64,000 nt of DNA from Lama guanicoe. Its lineage: Eukaryota. Every line of letters begins with the position of its first letter. The stretch's first letter is position 1. The stretch lies in NCBI GenBank assembly GCA_013239625.1, contig MU053304.1, positions 1,984,001 to 2,048,000 on the forward strand. Reading direction: 5' to 3'. The notes below the pieces were generated by a model. That model was not told the DNA's origin. It was given only the letters and a program-made list of their open reading frames with translations, and did no database searches. This document shows, in pieces, positions 25,295-37,848 of the stretch. Position numbers and translations under genes: made by a program.

Positions 25295-25437
25295 TTTGTT
25301 ATAGTTTATTTTCTTGGGGGCATAATTAGATTGGCTTATTTATTTGTTTTATTTTTATTTTTACAGGGGTACTGGGGACTGAACCCAGGACCTTGTGCAT
25401 GCTAAGCATGTACTCTACCACCGAGCTGTACCCTCCC
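25295..25437 (-). mobile_element. tRNA-derived SINE, camelid Vic-1-like
   Basis: The minus strand reads gggagggtacagctcggtggtagagtacatgcttagcatgcacaaggtcctgggttcagtcccc (Pol III A and B boxes) followed by an A-rich tail. Confidence 0.85.
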
Positions 25438-26632
25438 AACCACAGCTTAATTATTTTTAACAATTACTCTAGGTCACTGCAGCGCCTTTACTGCATTGCA
25501 TATATTTTAATACTTGGGGTCTTAGGTCAACAAAATGTTTTTCATTTTAATGTGCATACACTGCAGAATGCAGTCCATTCAGAATTTTACCATCTTTGAA
25601 AATTCTTACTCTGGGTACAGTATGTGGACCTGTGACTTCCCGTGTGAATCTTCCAAAGTACCACCATTTATTTTATGAATGTCTTCTGCATTGGTATTGC
25701 CAATTGTTTATTGTGAAAGCTTTGATACTCAGACGTCCAAGCGGTTACTAGTCAAAATTTGTGTCTGCACAGCCTCCTGGTTGGTCTGAAAAGAAGGCAC
25801 ACGGGCAGCTCTTTCTTTCCTCTTGTTTCTATTCTGCCCACGTCTCCATCCTTGCACGAGCTGGCGCTTTAGAATGTTTCCCAGCACGATTCCCTGTGCA
25901 TGTCCCTGGCCCATCAATCAGCGTGGCTGGCTTGTCCCTTGGTTTGCTTGATTCCTGCTTCTGCTCATGCAGTGCCCTCCGCCTGGAACACCTGTTCCCC
26001 CGTCACCCTGTCTCACCCGCAAGGTTCCCCTTCTGGGGCTGACTCAGTTTTCATTCCTCTGAGTCCCCACAGTCAGTTGCAACATCACTGTTCCGGTCTT
26101 TAAAATACAACATTAATTATTCTTGTCTCTGTCTCTCTCCCCCTTGGTGGGTAGGAGGAAGTATATTTTATTAGTAATTTTTGTATAACGATCAGCTACC
26201 ACTTAGTGAGCTTAATCTCTAGGTTTTGAGCTGGGTGCTCCACATACCTGGGCCTTTGAGTGCCCTCCCTGCCAGGGAGATGTAGGACCACATTTCCGCT
26301 GAGGTATGAAATGTCTCATTCCTGGTTTGGTCACGTGCCTGTGGCCACACACCCAGTTGGGGGCTGCATCCAGGTTCCAACCTAGGTGCCCTGGGTTCAC
26401 TGTCCTGCGCCTGGTCCCATAATTTAAGGGACATGTCTCATATTCATGGATCACTTAAAGGAGTGAGTGGGAAATGCAACTGAGCATCTGAAAGGTACTG
26501 GAAAGCCTTTTTCATATGGACTTTGAATTCTCTGTTTTTTAAACAACCATAGAACTGATATTTTGCCAAGTGCCCCTTTCTTCTTTGTTCTAAAATACAG
26601 AGGGAATGAGACTGTTTAATCTGCCTGGTAAC

Positions 26633-27036
26633 TGTATTAACGGGATTCTCCAGAGAAACAGAAGAGAGAGAGAGGAAAAAAAAAACCCCAACAGATTGTT
26701 TGATTTTAAGGAATTGACTTATGCAGTTGTGAGCAAGGACTGGCCGGTTCAAAATGCAGTACAGGCTGTCAGGCTGGAAACCCAGGCTGGGTTTCTATGT
26801 TACAGTTTTGAGCCCAAATTCCTTCTTCTTCGGGAAACCTCAGTCTTTGGTCTTAAGACCTTCAGCTGATTGGACGAGGCTCACCCACATTCTGGAGGTT
26901 ATCGATTTACTCAAAGCCTACTGGTGTAAACGCTGATCTCATCTAAAAAATACCTTCACAGCCTCTAGACTGGTGTTTGACCGGATATTTGGGACCTGTG
27001 ACTTAGCCAAGTTCATATATGAAGTTAACTATCCCA
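26633..27036 (-). mobile_element. MLT2-family (ERVL) solo LTR with 5-bp TSD
   Basis: The minus strand starts TGGGATAGTTAACTTCATATATGAACTTGGCTAAG and ends …TCTCTGGAGAATCCCGTTAATACA; gtaac is duplicated at 26628-26632 and 27037-27041. Confidence 0.85.
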
Positions 27037-30000
27037 GTAACATTTTGAGATTTCTCATTAACCTTGTGGTGAAGGGGTTTCTCCACCTCTACCCATGACA
27101 CAAGGAGACTTTTCTGCGGGTACCCGCGTCCTCTCCTGTCAGAGTCATGTGGAAATGGAGCTGCTTCCCCCTGGGGCCAGCGATCCTCCGTGCGCTTGGT
27201 GTCCTTGCCTTTTGGGAACGTGAGGCACTCAGGCCACTGTGTTTGCCAGTGAAACAGAGTACACTTGTGCTGGGAGAGCAGTCTTCCTCACGTCACGACC
27301 CACGAGCACGCTGCTCTCAGCGTATGTGGACGTCGTACCGTGGGGTCGATGAGCCCCTTGGCAGTAGTTGAAGCAAAGCCTTTCTGTCCAGAGCATCCTC
27401 CACGCCCATCCCGCAAGAGTCCCGGGTCCCTCAGGGGACCCCACAGAGAAGAGTCACATGTCACAAGACTGGGAGGCTGTTTTGTTTCTCCTCCCCTTCT
27501 CTGACTTCTGTTCTTAAACATATTGAACTTTCCCTTATAGTCAGTTGGTTTATCTTAAAAACTTGAAATGGAATGTCATTATTTAGAGATAAACGTTGCT
27601 GTTTAGTAACATCAAGTAAAGTCTGTAACATGTGTGAGGAAGCTTACAAGGTCCCAAATAGAAAATCTACCACCCAGTGTTTCTCTGTCCACACAGGCAG
27701 GAGTAGCCGAGGGTGGGAGGAAGAGCCTAGGAGATCCCCGCTCGCTAACTGTTAGAGTAGGAATTTACAGGGCGTTTCTGGGCCTCAGTGTTTATTTTCA
27801 GAAATAACGTCTTAGATGTGCATCGATTCCGCTGCAGTTGGGGTCCCAGGCTAGACTGGGGGCAAGTTGCCCACCGTGTCCTGCTGACCATGACCATCTG
27901 TTGTGTCTGAGAGCATCAAATCCCGGATGTGGAGCAGTGAGAACACTTCAGTTTCTTTCTATCCATTTACATTCCAACATTTCTCCTCAAGCCACAGAGG
28001 GGAGAAGTATCTCCTGTTCAAGTTCCTCTTTTCCCTCCCTTCATTCCTGTCCATTTGGAGCATTTAGCTTGGTAATAGCCAATGTGCAGCCTCTAAGGAG
28101 CCCTGAAAAACCTGAAGAAGCACGTCTTGCATCCCTCAGTGCCTTCATATGCTAGGTGGTGCCCCGGGGTGGAGCCTTGTAGTTCTGTGAAGGCTCTTTC
28201 CTTGAACTTGGGAAATCAGATTGCTTTTAGAGGGGTTGCTTCCTCAGATCATTAGGTGACATTGTCTGAAATAAAAAAGGCATCTTTACATCTGGCAAGA
28301 ATTTACATTTTAAGAGGTGAAAATGACAATTCTCTGAATGCGAAATTTCTAGTCTTAATCTTTTGGAGCACGTAATTGCTTTACTGCTAGTTTGCATAAT
28401 AGAAGAATCTCATGAGAGCAGGTGAAATCGGGTGTCTAGCTGAAGAGCGGCAAGCCTGATCATCTTTAGAGAGAGCAAGCGGACCCCGTTTCATAAAATG
28501 GCAGCAGATTGAAATCATGTCAAGTTGATAATTAGCTCCCGTCTGACAAAGTGCCATTTAGATGGTTCTGCACATCAGATTTGCCAGGTGCTTTATTTTC
28601 AAACCTCATTTTTTAGCTTATCAGGCTCGGGGTTTCTGATGGGATTTTAGTATTAAATAATAAAATGTCAGCAGTGAGTAATCACCGAAAGGTTGCCTTT
28701 CAGTGTCAAATGATAGGCCACACATCCTCTAAAAAAATTGAAAATTGAAATCTCCGAAGGACTGGAGCACGTGAGAACATGGTGCCCAACAAACAGAGCG
28801 GGAAGCAGTGTCACGGTGCCTGGAGTCGCCTGGGGGCCTGCCATTGTCCCTGCAGATGGGAGTGCTGGTGTCTCATGTTCACACAACAGTGGGGCATCTG
28901 GAGATGCCATTTGGATGATGACCAGTGCTGGAAGGAATCGCTGGTAAAAGGGAGCTGTTCTGCCCCAGTTCACTGGTGTTGGCCTCTGCCTAGTACCCTT
29001 GAGTTATAACTCTAACCCTCTTTGTTGCATTGTGTTAACCCTGCCGTCAGAGTGTGTGCCTTAAGTTACTATTTCAGGAATTTAAAGTTCAAGGCATTAG
29101 AGGATTTTTTCATGGAAATACAAATAACAGATTTTTTTTTTCCTCGTAAGTAATCTTAACTGCTTGCCTGTTGTTACACGTTAGACCTGGGACAAGTTGC
29201 CGATCATGCATTTCTGCTGATTCTTCTCCACCGTAGGGCTGGCAACTCAGTTAGAGCCTCCAGCCTATAAAGGAGAGGATGTTTAGACTTTCCCCAAGTG
29301 AATTTTTTAAGGAAATTGTATTTTTAAGCCTTGCAGATATGTTTTTTCCATCTTTTACACATGCCCTGCACATGGGCTGCATTTCCGGTCTCTAAGGGCC
29401 TAAAAGACACAGTTGGCATTGCTTCCTTCTGTTAAGCTCAGACTTGGCGATCCCAGCCCTCTGATAGTGTCCACTGGAAACAGAATCTAAGGTAAGACTT
29501 AATGGTCAAGATTTTAATAGTCATTCAACAGTAAGGTTTTTAAAAGTACACCTACAATGATGTGAGAACATTTAGCTTGATAACAAATGACTAATTGCAT
29601 TTAGATTCTGGGAGAAGTACACTGGACAACTTTCATCTTTTATGAACCAGAAAACCTTATCAGGTAGACTAGGATGAAGACAGTTCTCATGTTAAACATG
29701 CACTTGGAGGGTGCTGATCGCTGCATCACATTATTCTTGCGAGTTGTTACTTTTGTAGAATATATTGCCTCCTTTCCACCCAGCCTAATCCTGTTGTCAC
29801 GCCCTTTCTTTGTCATATTCCAAAATGTAATCTCTGCCTTCACGGAGATCCCAAGGAGAATCTTGTCTACCTCGCTGCAGCTGCAGCAGCTCTGCATAAG
29901 CCATACTCTCCCTAAGAAAATGCTTAAAACTAACATTGGCATCGTGATGACACTAAGAACGGAGAAAAAGAGCGGCACCTGACATCTGGGGGCTGGGTGG

Positions 30001-30119
30001 ACATTTACAAGCAGGCCTTGGAGGTGTTCAGCGCTGGCTTGGCACTCACAGCTGGGCCGCGGTGACTCCTGTTGGCGTGTGGGCGAAAACACGCATCCAG
30101 AACACCGACATCAGGCATG

Positions 30120-30548
30120 GCCATGCATAGGCCGTGGTAAAGTGAGACAAACAAGACCATTTTTAATTTTGCCTAAGTACAAATGAAAACAAGGTCACCA
30201 TGCAACCTACAAAATACCAAATCTCCCCTTTTAGTGCAAGTAAAATGAGGGCCAGCTGCTGCTTCACCAGTTACAGCTTTAGCCTTGCCCTAGAGTGCCC
30301 GCCCCCTGTCCTACAGACAGGATTTACTGAAATACTCAAGCATAGAGTCACTCTTGCTTTCTGATGAATCCTCCCCAAATCACCCAGCCAGAGTTTAAAC
30401 CCTGTAATAAGCCCCATCTAACACCCTCTCACTGAGACACCTAATGATTCCCCATGGTGTTCGTGCTGCCTCACTGCAATGAGCTAGAAACCCAACTGAT
30501 TCAGCTACATGATTGTCCCTGGTGGTCTTCGGTTTGAGAGCATTGGCA
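30120..30548 (+). mobile_element. Probable ancient ERV LTR (MER68/MER77/MER21-like)
   Basis: LTR-like 3' end (aaacccaactgattcagctacatg…ccctggtggtcttcggtttgagagcattggca); subfamily and 5' boundary are uncertain. Confidence 0.5.
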
Positions 30549-31651
30549 GGACTTAATTGATTAAAATGCTCAAAATAGTGAGGTTTCCAATTGATTGACT
30601 TTTCATATTAATAATAGTTCAATCAGAATTTCCAGTGAACTAGGCTGAATTATTGTTTGGATTTATACTTGGAGGAAGGTTGCTATGGAACGAGAGTCCT
30701 AGGTGGGGCAGGATGGAGGGAAGTTCAAAGAACAGGAGATCCAGCTGGCCACAAGTGTGCGATGCATTGGATGCAGTGGTGGGTAGTAAGGCTGAAGATG
30801 CTCGTAGGGGCAGGTTGGGGAAGTGTAGATACTAAGGAGTTTGGGAAATGGAGACTTGAAAACATTTTGCATCAGCAGTGTATGCGAATGGATCTATATT
30901 TTAGAAAGATTATTTTGATAGAATTGGGTGATTTCTAGAAAGATTAGCTGACTTTCAGAGAGATTATTCTGACAAAATTAGCTGTTACAGTCAAGAAGAG
31001 ATGGTGAGACAGGAGTTCAAGTGAGGTCTTGAACTTGTGGCAGTGGGAATGGAAGGATGGACCTGAAGTCTGTTTGAGCCGCGGAAGCATCAGAGTTGAA
31101 TGTAGGGAACAGAGGTGAGAGTGGAGCCAAAGGTATTGCTCGGGTTTCACCTTGGGTCACTCAGAGAGGAAGCTCAAAAGGCTTTCGGGACCTGCAGGCC
31201 AACCAGGTGGACGTGCTGTTCAATAGTTGTTACTTGAGACCAGAACTGGGTCGTGAGGCTGATGCCAGGGGAATAAGAATAAGGAGTTTCTGGTGTGTGG
31301 GGGCTGGAGAAAGTCAACAGAGCTGTTCAGATAGATGGGGTAAGAGTATGAAAAGAAGGGGAAGGTTGGTGGGAGTGTTAGGGAATTCTTGCTCTGAGTA
31401 GGGAGCTAGAAGCTGCAGAAGAAGAGGTTGGAGGAGGCAGCAGGGGGGTGGGCGGGGCTCTGGGGGAGGGCGGTGCCATGGGGGCCCGTGGGAGGGGAGG
31501 GCACTGCGCAGCGGGGAGGAGCCGAGTCAGACCTGCCCAGGTGGCCAGGCGCCGAGGGACCTGTCCTCACGGTGTTCAGAGTCACTGCAGTGGCTCTTCT
31601 TCATCTCCATTTTGTTTTTCAGTTGCTATTTTTTTAAATTGAAGTATAGTT

Positions 31652-31791
31652 TTTTCCCATTTTGGGGGTGGGGGTAATTAGGTTTTATATTTAATTATTT
31701 ACTTTATTTATTTAATGGAGGTATTGGGGATTGAACCCAGGACCTCATGCATGCTAAGCACACACTCTACCACTGAGCTATACCCTCCCCC
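31652..31791 (-). mobile_element. tRNA-derived SINE, camelid Vic-1-like
   Basis: ggggattgaacccaggacctcatgcatgctaagcacacactctaccactgagctataccctcccc, with the tail motif ggggtaattaggttt. Confidence 0.9.
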
Positions 31792-31795
31792 TGAT

Positions 31796-31865
31796 TTTTT
31801 TTTTATTGAAGTCTAGTTGACTTACAATGTTATACTAGTTTCTGGTGTACAGCATAGTGATTCAG

Positions 31866-31897
<32 letters not shown>

Positions 31898-31995
31898 TTT
31901 TTCATTACAGGTTACTACAAGCCATTGCATATAGTTCCCTGTGCTGCACAGTAGGACTTGTTGTTTATCTGTTTTGTGTGGAGCAGTTTGTGTCT
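31796..31995 (-). mobile_element. Lineage-specific L1 3' tip with an internal (TA)14 at 31867-31894
   Basis: Poly(T) followed by attgaagtctagttgacttacaatg…ttccctgtgctgcacagtagg. Confidence 0.85.
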
Positions 31996-34900
31996 TCCGT
32001 TCTGCTTTGATTCTTGTTTGAGGGGTGTTCAGGGAGAATTTGTGGTGTTTGGCTTCTCAGGCTAGTGCCTGGGGGGATTAATATGGGGGCGGGAAGGACA
32101 GTGGTCACGAGTGAAGGGCACTTGCTGGTGTGGTTTATGGAATTTTGATGAGATTCTTGACATTAAAAATCTATTCACAGTCTATTTAACCTCACACTAA
32201 ATGGCTAATCCATATGTATGAAGGTGTTAATGAACTGGCCTTTAATTATGAGCAATTTCTGCTCCCTCTGCTCCCACAGCTCCCCTTAACATTCACATCA
32301 TCCAGAATTCGTTCTTTACTGCACTACTGTTGAAAGGAATGGGATTTACCTACGAGGGTAGGCACTGGATGGTCTGCGAGGACAGCAGGAATCGTTTTAT
32401 CCTGTCTTAACTGGAATGAAAGTCAGAAGTGGCAGCTGATGACAGTAGCCAGTGCATTTCTGAGGATGGCTCTGTTTGGAGCACTGCCAACTCTATAATC
32501 TCAGGAAATTCTCCTCCGCTATGGAAGTCAGATGGCGACTCATTTAAAACTGGTCTGTAACGAAGCCATTGACTCTTGCTTTGTGATTGGAAGTTACTAT
32601 GATCTGATCACTAGCGTGTTTTGGCTTGCGGAGGTCTGGGAATTGGCAATTGAGAACTGAAATTTAACATGCCTTTCCTCTCACCAGGTGTGATGCAAAG
32701 GGCTCTGGGCTTAGAATTGAGTAGAGCCGAACTGCAGTGACAGCTTTATCACTGACCAGCTGTTCCATTGGCCTCTGTTAGCCTTAGTTTCTTCTTCTTT
32801 AAAATGGGGGCAAACATACGAAGCTCAAATGAGATGATGCCAATGATGGACCAGCAGTGTGCTAAGGGTGCCAACATCAGATCCTCCTTGTCATGGGGAA
32901 GACTGTTAAGGAAACTATTAAATCTGTGCTCTGATTCTTTTCATGTGAGGCTCAAGGTTGGAGTCGGACTAGAGGTGGAATCAATTTTCGTGGCCATAGT
33001 GGCCATTCTTGAGTGATGGGTCAGGGCCAGCTTTGTGTGGGATTAGGGGACTGGCTCTTTGTGACTTCAGTGGTAAAGACTGCAACGCAGGGGCTGGGCA
33101 GAGCTCTTTGACTGCAGTGTCTCCTTGAATCCCCACTGGCCCCGTGAAGTGGGACCCACGCTTGCTGCCCTTTCCCGGCCCATGACTGTCGAGCTAGTTA
33201 GGGATGAAGCTGGGATTGACATCAGGGGCTCTGTTATCTCAGAGTAAACCGGAAACAGGGTCAAACTGTGACCCTGACTCACCGGCGGTCAATAACTGTC
33301 TCAAAAATGAAACATTAAGCCAGATTTTCTAAGTGGTGGTTGTCTTCACGGCTTCCTCCCATGAGCACATTAAATAGGTGTTTGTCCAGACATTGATGCA
33401 GCTCTGCTGACCCAGGTGAGGCATCTGGGTCCATGCTAGCTTTGCCTCCAGTAGTTTCCATCTATGAGAGCTTAACTACACTGAGACTCTGCTGAACACT
33501 GGACAAATGTTTTCTCTTACTGAGCCCCAGCTGACAGTATTCCCATCCTTTTATTTGAGGACGAGGACACTGAGGCATTGAGAGTCTAAACAGCAAGTAG
33601 AAGTGAATGAGCCCCAGGTTTAACCTAGATTTGCCCAACACCAGTCCCTGACCAATAGGCTAGACTTGGCAGAAGCCTAATCGGGCCCCCAAGTTACGTG
33701 TGGACATGGGCACTCACTCACGCGGGGTCCAGTCACAAGAACGGGCTTCGAGACCACCCTCATCTCAGCACAGCTCTGAGATGTGTCTCTGAGAGGACAC
33801 CTCAAAGCCACGCTTGAGAAGTGGCCTTGACTGTGGTCCAGCGAGTGACTTTTAACCAATGGTTTCTGACCTCCCGGCACAGAGAGGCACAACTTCGACC
33901 TCCCAGGAAGCTGAGCTGCTTGCAGGTGGGTGCACCTCTTCTGCTTTGGTTTCGCGGCAGATTCAGTGGCTTCAGAACTGGTGCTGAGGGCTACCTGGGG
34001 CTGACACTTGTGCTTTCATTTGACCTGATGTCTGCTGGATGCGCCGAATTCGAGAAACTGCTGTTCTTATGACTCAAATGGAAATGCAGGCATAACCACG
34101 TGACAGTTACGTCACCCTTCATCTTAGATAGTCTCTTGATGGATGCTTCTCACTTATGGGGCCCCCAGTGCTAGTCGCTATTGGACTTCTTTTCTTACCA
34201 CCCAAATCTCTGAAGCCTCCTGTGCTGATTACTCCATGCACGGATGCCTTTGATGCTGTTTCTGTTCACCTGGCCCTGGTAATACCCTTGATGTAATCCT
34301 TCCTATTCATATTTGACTTTTTGGTTTCTTGGCTCTCTGCCTCAAGCCAGCTCTGATGTCCAACGCTTTCCGTATCCCTCCTTCCCACAAGCCTGCCTCA
34401 GTGGCAGTGGTTTGCCATCCGTGTCAATGATGGAGCATGTACTGGGCCTCAGAAACCCAGGATTGGAAGGCCTATGACAATGTGCTGTCACAGGTGATGT
34501 CTGGGATATATTGTGACTGATGGCCTGCATCCTGAATCCCAACTGGACAGCCAATAAGGAGATTTGTCTGCATGTTTTACTTTGTTCCCTAGCCTTCTAG
34601 CCTTCAGTGTGCTTTCAAATTCTTCCTTGATACAGATTTGTATAAAAATCTGGGTACGATGCCCTGCATTTCTTCCATTGTTTTTCACTACAGCTGTGGA
34701 TTTTCCGTTTGAAAGTACACAATGAAAGTTGCTGCATGGACTGAGTGCTTTTATAAAATTGCTTCAGTGTTGATGACGACTCAGAGCTCCTAAGCCTGCC
34801 AGAAGCTGATTGATACATGACCTCTTTGTTATTCCGGTACATGGTCAGCTCAAAGCACTTACCGGTTTTTCAGAACAGCACGTCCTCCCCAGGTCACCCA

Positions 34901-35295
34901 GGTGCTTCCTTGTGCTGGGCCACGCTGCTCCACTTAGAGTCCCGTTTGGCTTCACAGGCGTTCCTAGAGTTCCCGAGCTGTTTGGACTGAAGTTTTAATG
35001 ATATGCTCGTGATTATCAGGATCACGTTTCCCTTTTTTCTTTACCAGATGGTTTTTGATGGTACAGATTGAAGTGAATGTCCCAGGCCTAATTCATTAGT
35101 AAAAGTGTTTCTTTTAGGTTGGATAAGCCCAGCAGAAAGGAAGTCTGGACTTAAGCAATATGTAGTGCCTGGTATGACTCCCCTTCATCCACCTCTGCCC
35201 CCAAATACCTTTCTTTCCTGGTCTCTGATGCCTAAAAATATAGTATCTGTGGTTTTATTTCTTTTTAAAAAATAGGTTTTGTTTCTTTTGTTAAT

Positions 35296-35476
35296 TTTTA
35301 TTTTTAAATTGAGGTACAGTTGATTTACAATGTTTTAGGTTTATAGCAAAGTGATTTAGTTACACTATATATATACACACACACACACACACATATATAT
35401 ATGTTGTTTTTCAGATGCTTTTCCATTATAGGTTATTACAAGATATTGAATACAGTTCCCTGTGCTAGGCAGTAGG
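35296..35476 (-). mobile_element. Lineage-specific L1 3' tip with a compound (TA)n(CA)n(TA)n microsatellite at about 35366-35402
   Basis: tttttaaattgaggtacagttgatttacaatg…ttattacaagatattgaatacagttccctgtgcta. Confidence 0.85.
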
Positions 35477-35504
35477 TTAGGCATGGTTCCTGGTAATTAA
35501 ACCT

Positions 35505-35975
35505 TACTATCAGTTAGCTCCTGTTGAGTAACAAACCAGTCCAAAAACTTGATGGTTTAATACAACCATTCATTGCTTATAATTCTGTGGGTGATAGTTT
35601 GGGCCAGCTTAGCTGGGATGTCTCTTCTCTGCTCTGTGTGGTGCTAGGTGGACTCATTCAGGCTTTTGTGGTCATCCAGCAAGTCAGCTGGGGATTGGCT
35701 GGTCCTGGATGACCTCATTCACATGTCGGGCAGTTGGCTGGAGTGAGGGGGCTGGGCCACACATCTCTCGTCACCCGGCATATCTGTCTGACTTTTTCAC
35801 ATGGCAGCTGGGTTCCAAGGCCCAGTGCACAGATGCTTTTTAAAGGTTCTTCTTCTTTTATGTTTACTAATGCCTCACTGGCACAAGCAAATCACAGGGC
35901 CAAGCCCATAGACTCCATTTAGTGATGGGAGGAGCTACAAAGAATTTGTGGCCTTTTTTTTTTTTTGCAATCTAT
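35505..35975 (-). mobile_element. MLT1-family (ERVL-MaLR) LTR
   Basis: tatcagttagct…gtaacaaacc…aaaacttgatggtttaatacaacc…cacatggcagctgggttccaagg…gcaaatcacagggccaagccca. Confidence 0.75.
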
Positions 35976-37365
35976 GACGACTTAACCTAAATATGTGAAA
36001 AATGTGAATGAGTCTCATATATATATATGTGTGTGTATATATATGTATTTATGTACATGCTGATTTGAAGAGAAGGAAAGTTGAAAAAACAGTATGCAAT
36101 CAGTGATTGCTTGAGGAAAGGGAGGAAGTCCCACTGAATTGACTCAAGTGATAAGGACTGCCTCGGAGACAACTGCTTTTCTTCAGTTCTGTGTAGATTG
36201 AGCCTTACCCCTGCTCTGTTTCAAGGAAGTTTCATTTTTCACTTTAGATTATTAAGGTACATATTCTACTAGTATCTTAAGTCACCAAATAAAACACACT
36301 TTTGATTTTCCATTGCTTTGTGACCTCTTAAATGAACAAATGCCTTATTTTTAGGTATCCTTAATACTCCTTCAGTAGAGGCACTAGAATAGAATTTAGG
36401 ATTTACTAAATATTCGGGTTCTCTGACTCCAATTTATTTGCAGTTTTGAAATTTTCTTTGTACTCCATTTGCCTCGAGGTACAGTTCTGGTGGTTAGTCT
36501 TCTCCAAGAAGTTCTTTAGCTGAAGCCCCAACACTAAGGGTCTGCCTTAGCCCTTAGGGATGGTGGCCAGGTGGGAGGCGAGTGCTTCCAAAAATATTCC
36601 TGAATGACTATGACCAATTTCCATAGAATTCGGCAGTCTTTAGGATCCAGCATATTTACTTGAGAATGACAATGACTAATAGGGAATTAGAGGATTGCAC
36701 TTTTGCCTTGTGCCTTTGAATGTCCTCGGTGATAAGAAAGTGAAAGTAAATACACCCTGGAGGAAAAAAATCTGCCGTCTGCATTGCAGAGTCCAGGTAC
36801 CAGAATTTTCTGGAAGAATCCTAATCACAATGTTTTGTTTTCCATCACACAGTACCTTGGTACCATTTTGTGTATATATATATATATATATCTCCATCAT
36901 GAGGCTGCATTTTCTTTTTCTTCTTCTTCTTTTTTTTTTTACTTTGAGCTCTATGGTGTTGTTGGCTTTGACCAGCCCTTTGGCTCTGATGTCCCGTGTT
37001 TGTTTCTTATGATTCAAACTCTGGAAAAGAAGAATTCATATTCTCAACTTGGGTCAACTGTCCACCTTTGAACCAAATTTTCTGTGGCTTGAACATTAGG
37101 ATCTCTGGAAACAAAAATAACCAGACTCACCCAAACCTATGGGGAGCGAGGGGCACTTGCCACACAAAAAAAATGTGGGCTAGGAACTCTGCCCCTTTGA
37201 TCTGGACGGATAACACTTGTCCTTTATTAAGTGTTCAGTTCTCTAAGAACATGAGGCTGCATTTTATCACTAGAAATAGCATAATCTTGTCAGATCATGT
37301 TTCCCAACTTTGGGTTCATAAAAATCATTGTAGATTGCCATTTTCTTAAAATTGTTTTCTTAAAT

Positions 37366-37463
37366 ATGTATTATTATTATTTTTTTAGTAGCAGTACTGG
37401 GGATTGAACCCAGGACCTTGTGCATGCTAAGCACATGCTCTACCACTGAGCTATACTCTCCCT
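37366..37463 (-). mobile_element. tRNA-derived SINE, camelid Vic-1-like
   Basis: gtactggggattgaacccaggaccttgtgcatgctaagcacatgctctaccactgagctatactctccc. Confidence 0.9.
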
Positions 37464-37497
37464 CCTTAAATTTTTTTTAAACGGAAAATTGTTTTCT

Positions 37498-37848
37498 GCT
37501 TTATTGAAATATAATTAACAAATACAATATTGATGGGTTTTAAGGCATACAGCATGTTAATTTGATACACATTTATATTGCAGAATGATTGCCACCAGAG
37601 TGTTAGTCAACACTTTTGTAATTATCATTTCTTTTTCATGGTGAGAGCATTGAAGGTCTACACTCTTAGCAACTTCAAAGTATATACTACAGTGTTATTA
37701 ACTATAATCACCATGCTGTATGTTAGGTGACTTCAGAACGTATTCACCTTATAACTGGAAGTTTGTACCCTTTGGCCAACATCTCCCCGTTTTACCCACC
37801 CCCAGCCCCTGGCGACCACTGCTCAACTCCCTGTTTCTATGAGTTCTG
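37498..37848 (-). mobile_element. L1MA-like 3' end
   Basis: ctttattgaaatataattaacaaatac…ttattaactataatcaccatgctgta…tataactggaagtttgtaccctttggccaacatctcccc. Confidence 0.8.

Noticed and set aside
29640..30092. 150-aa (-) and 102-aa (+) overlapping ORFs in unique sequence
   Set aside because: No recognisable homology or codon signal. The region may be a non-coding conserved element, but I cannot support a CDS.
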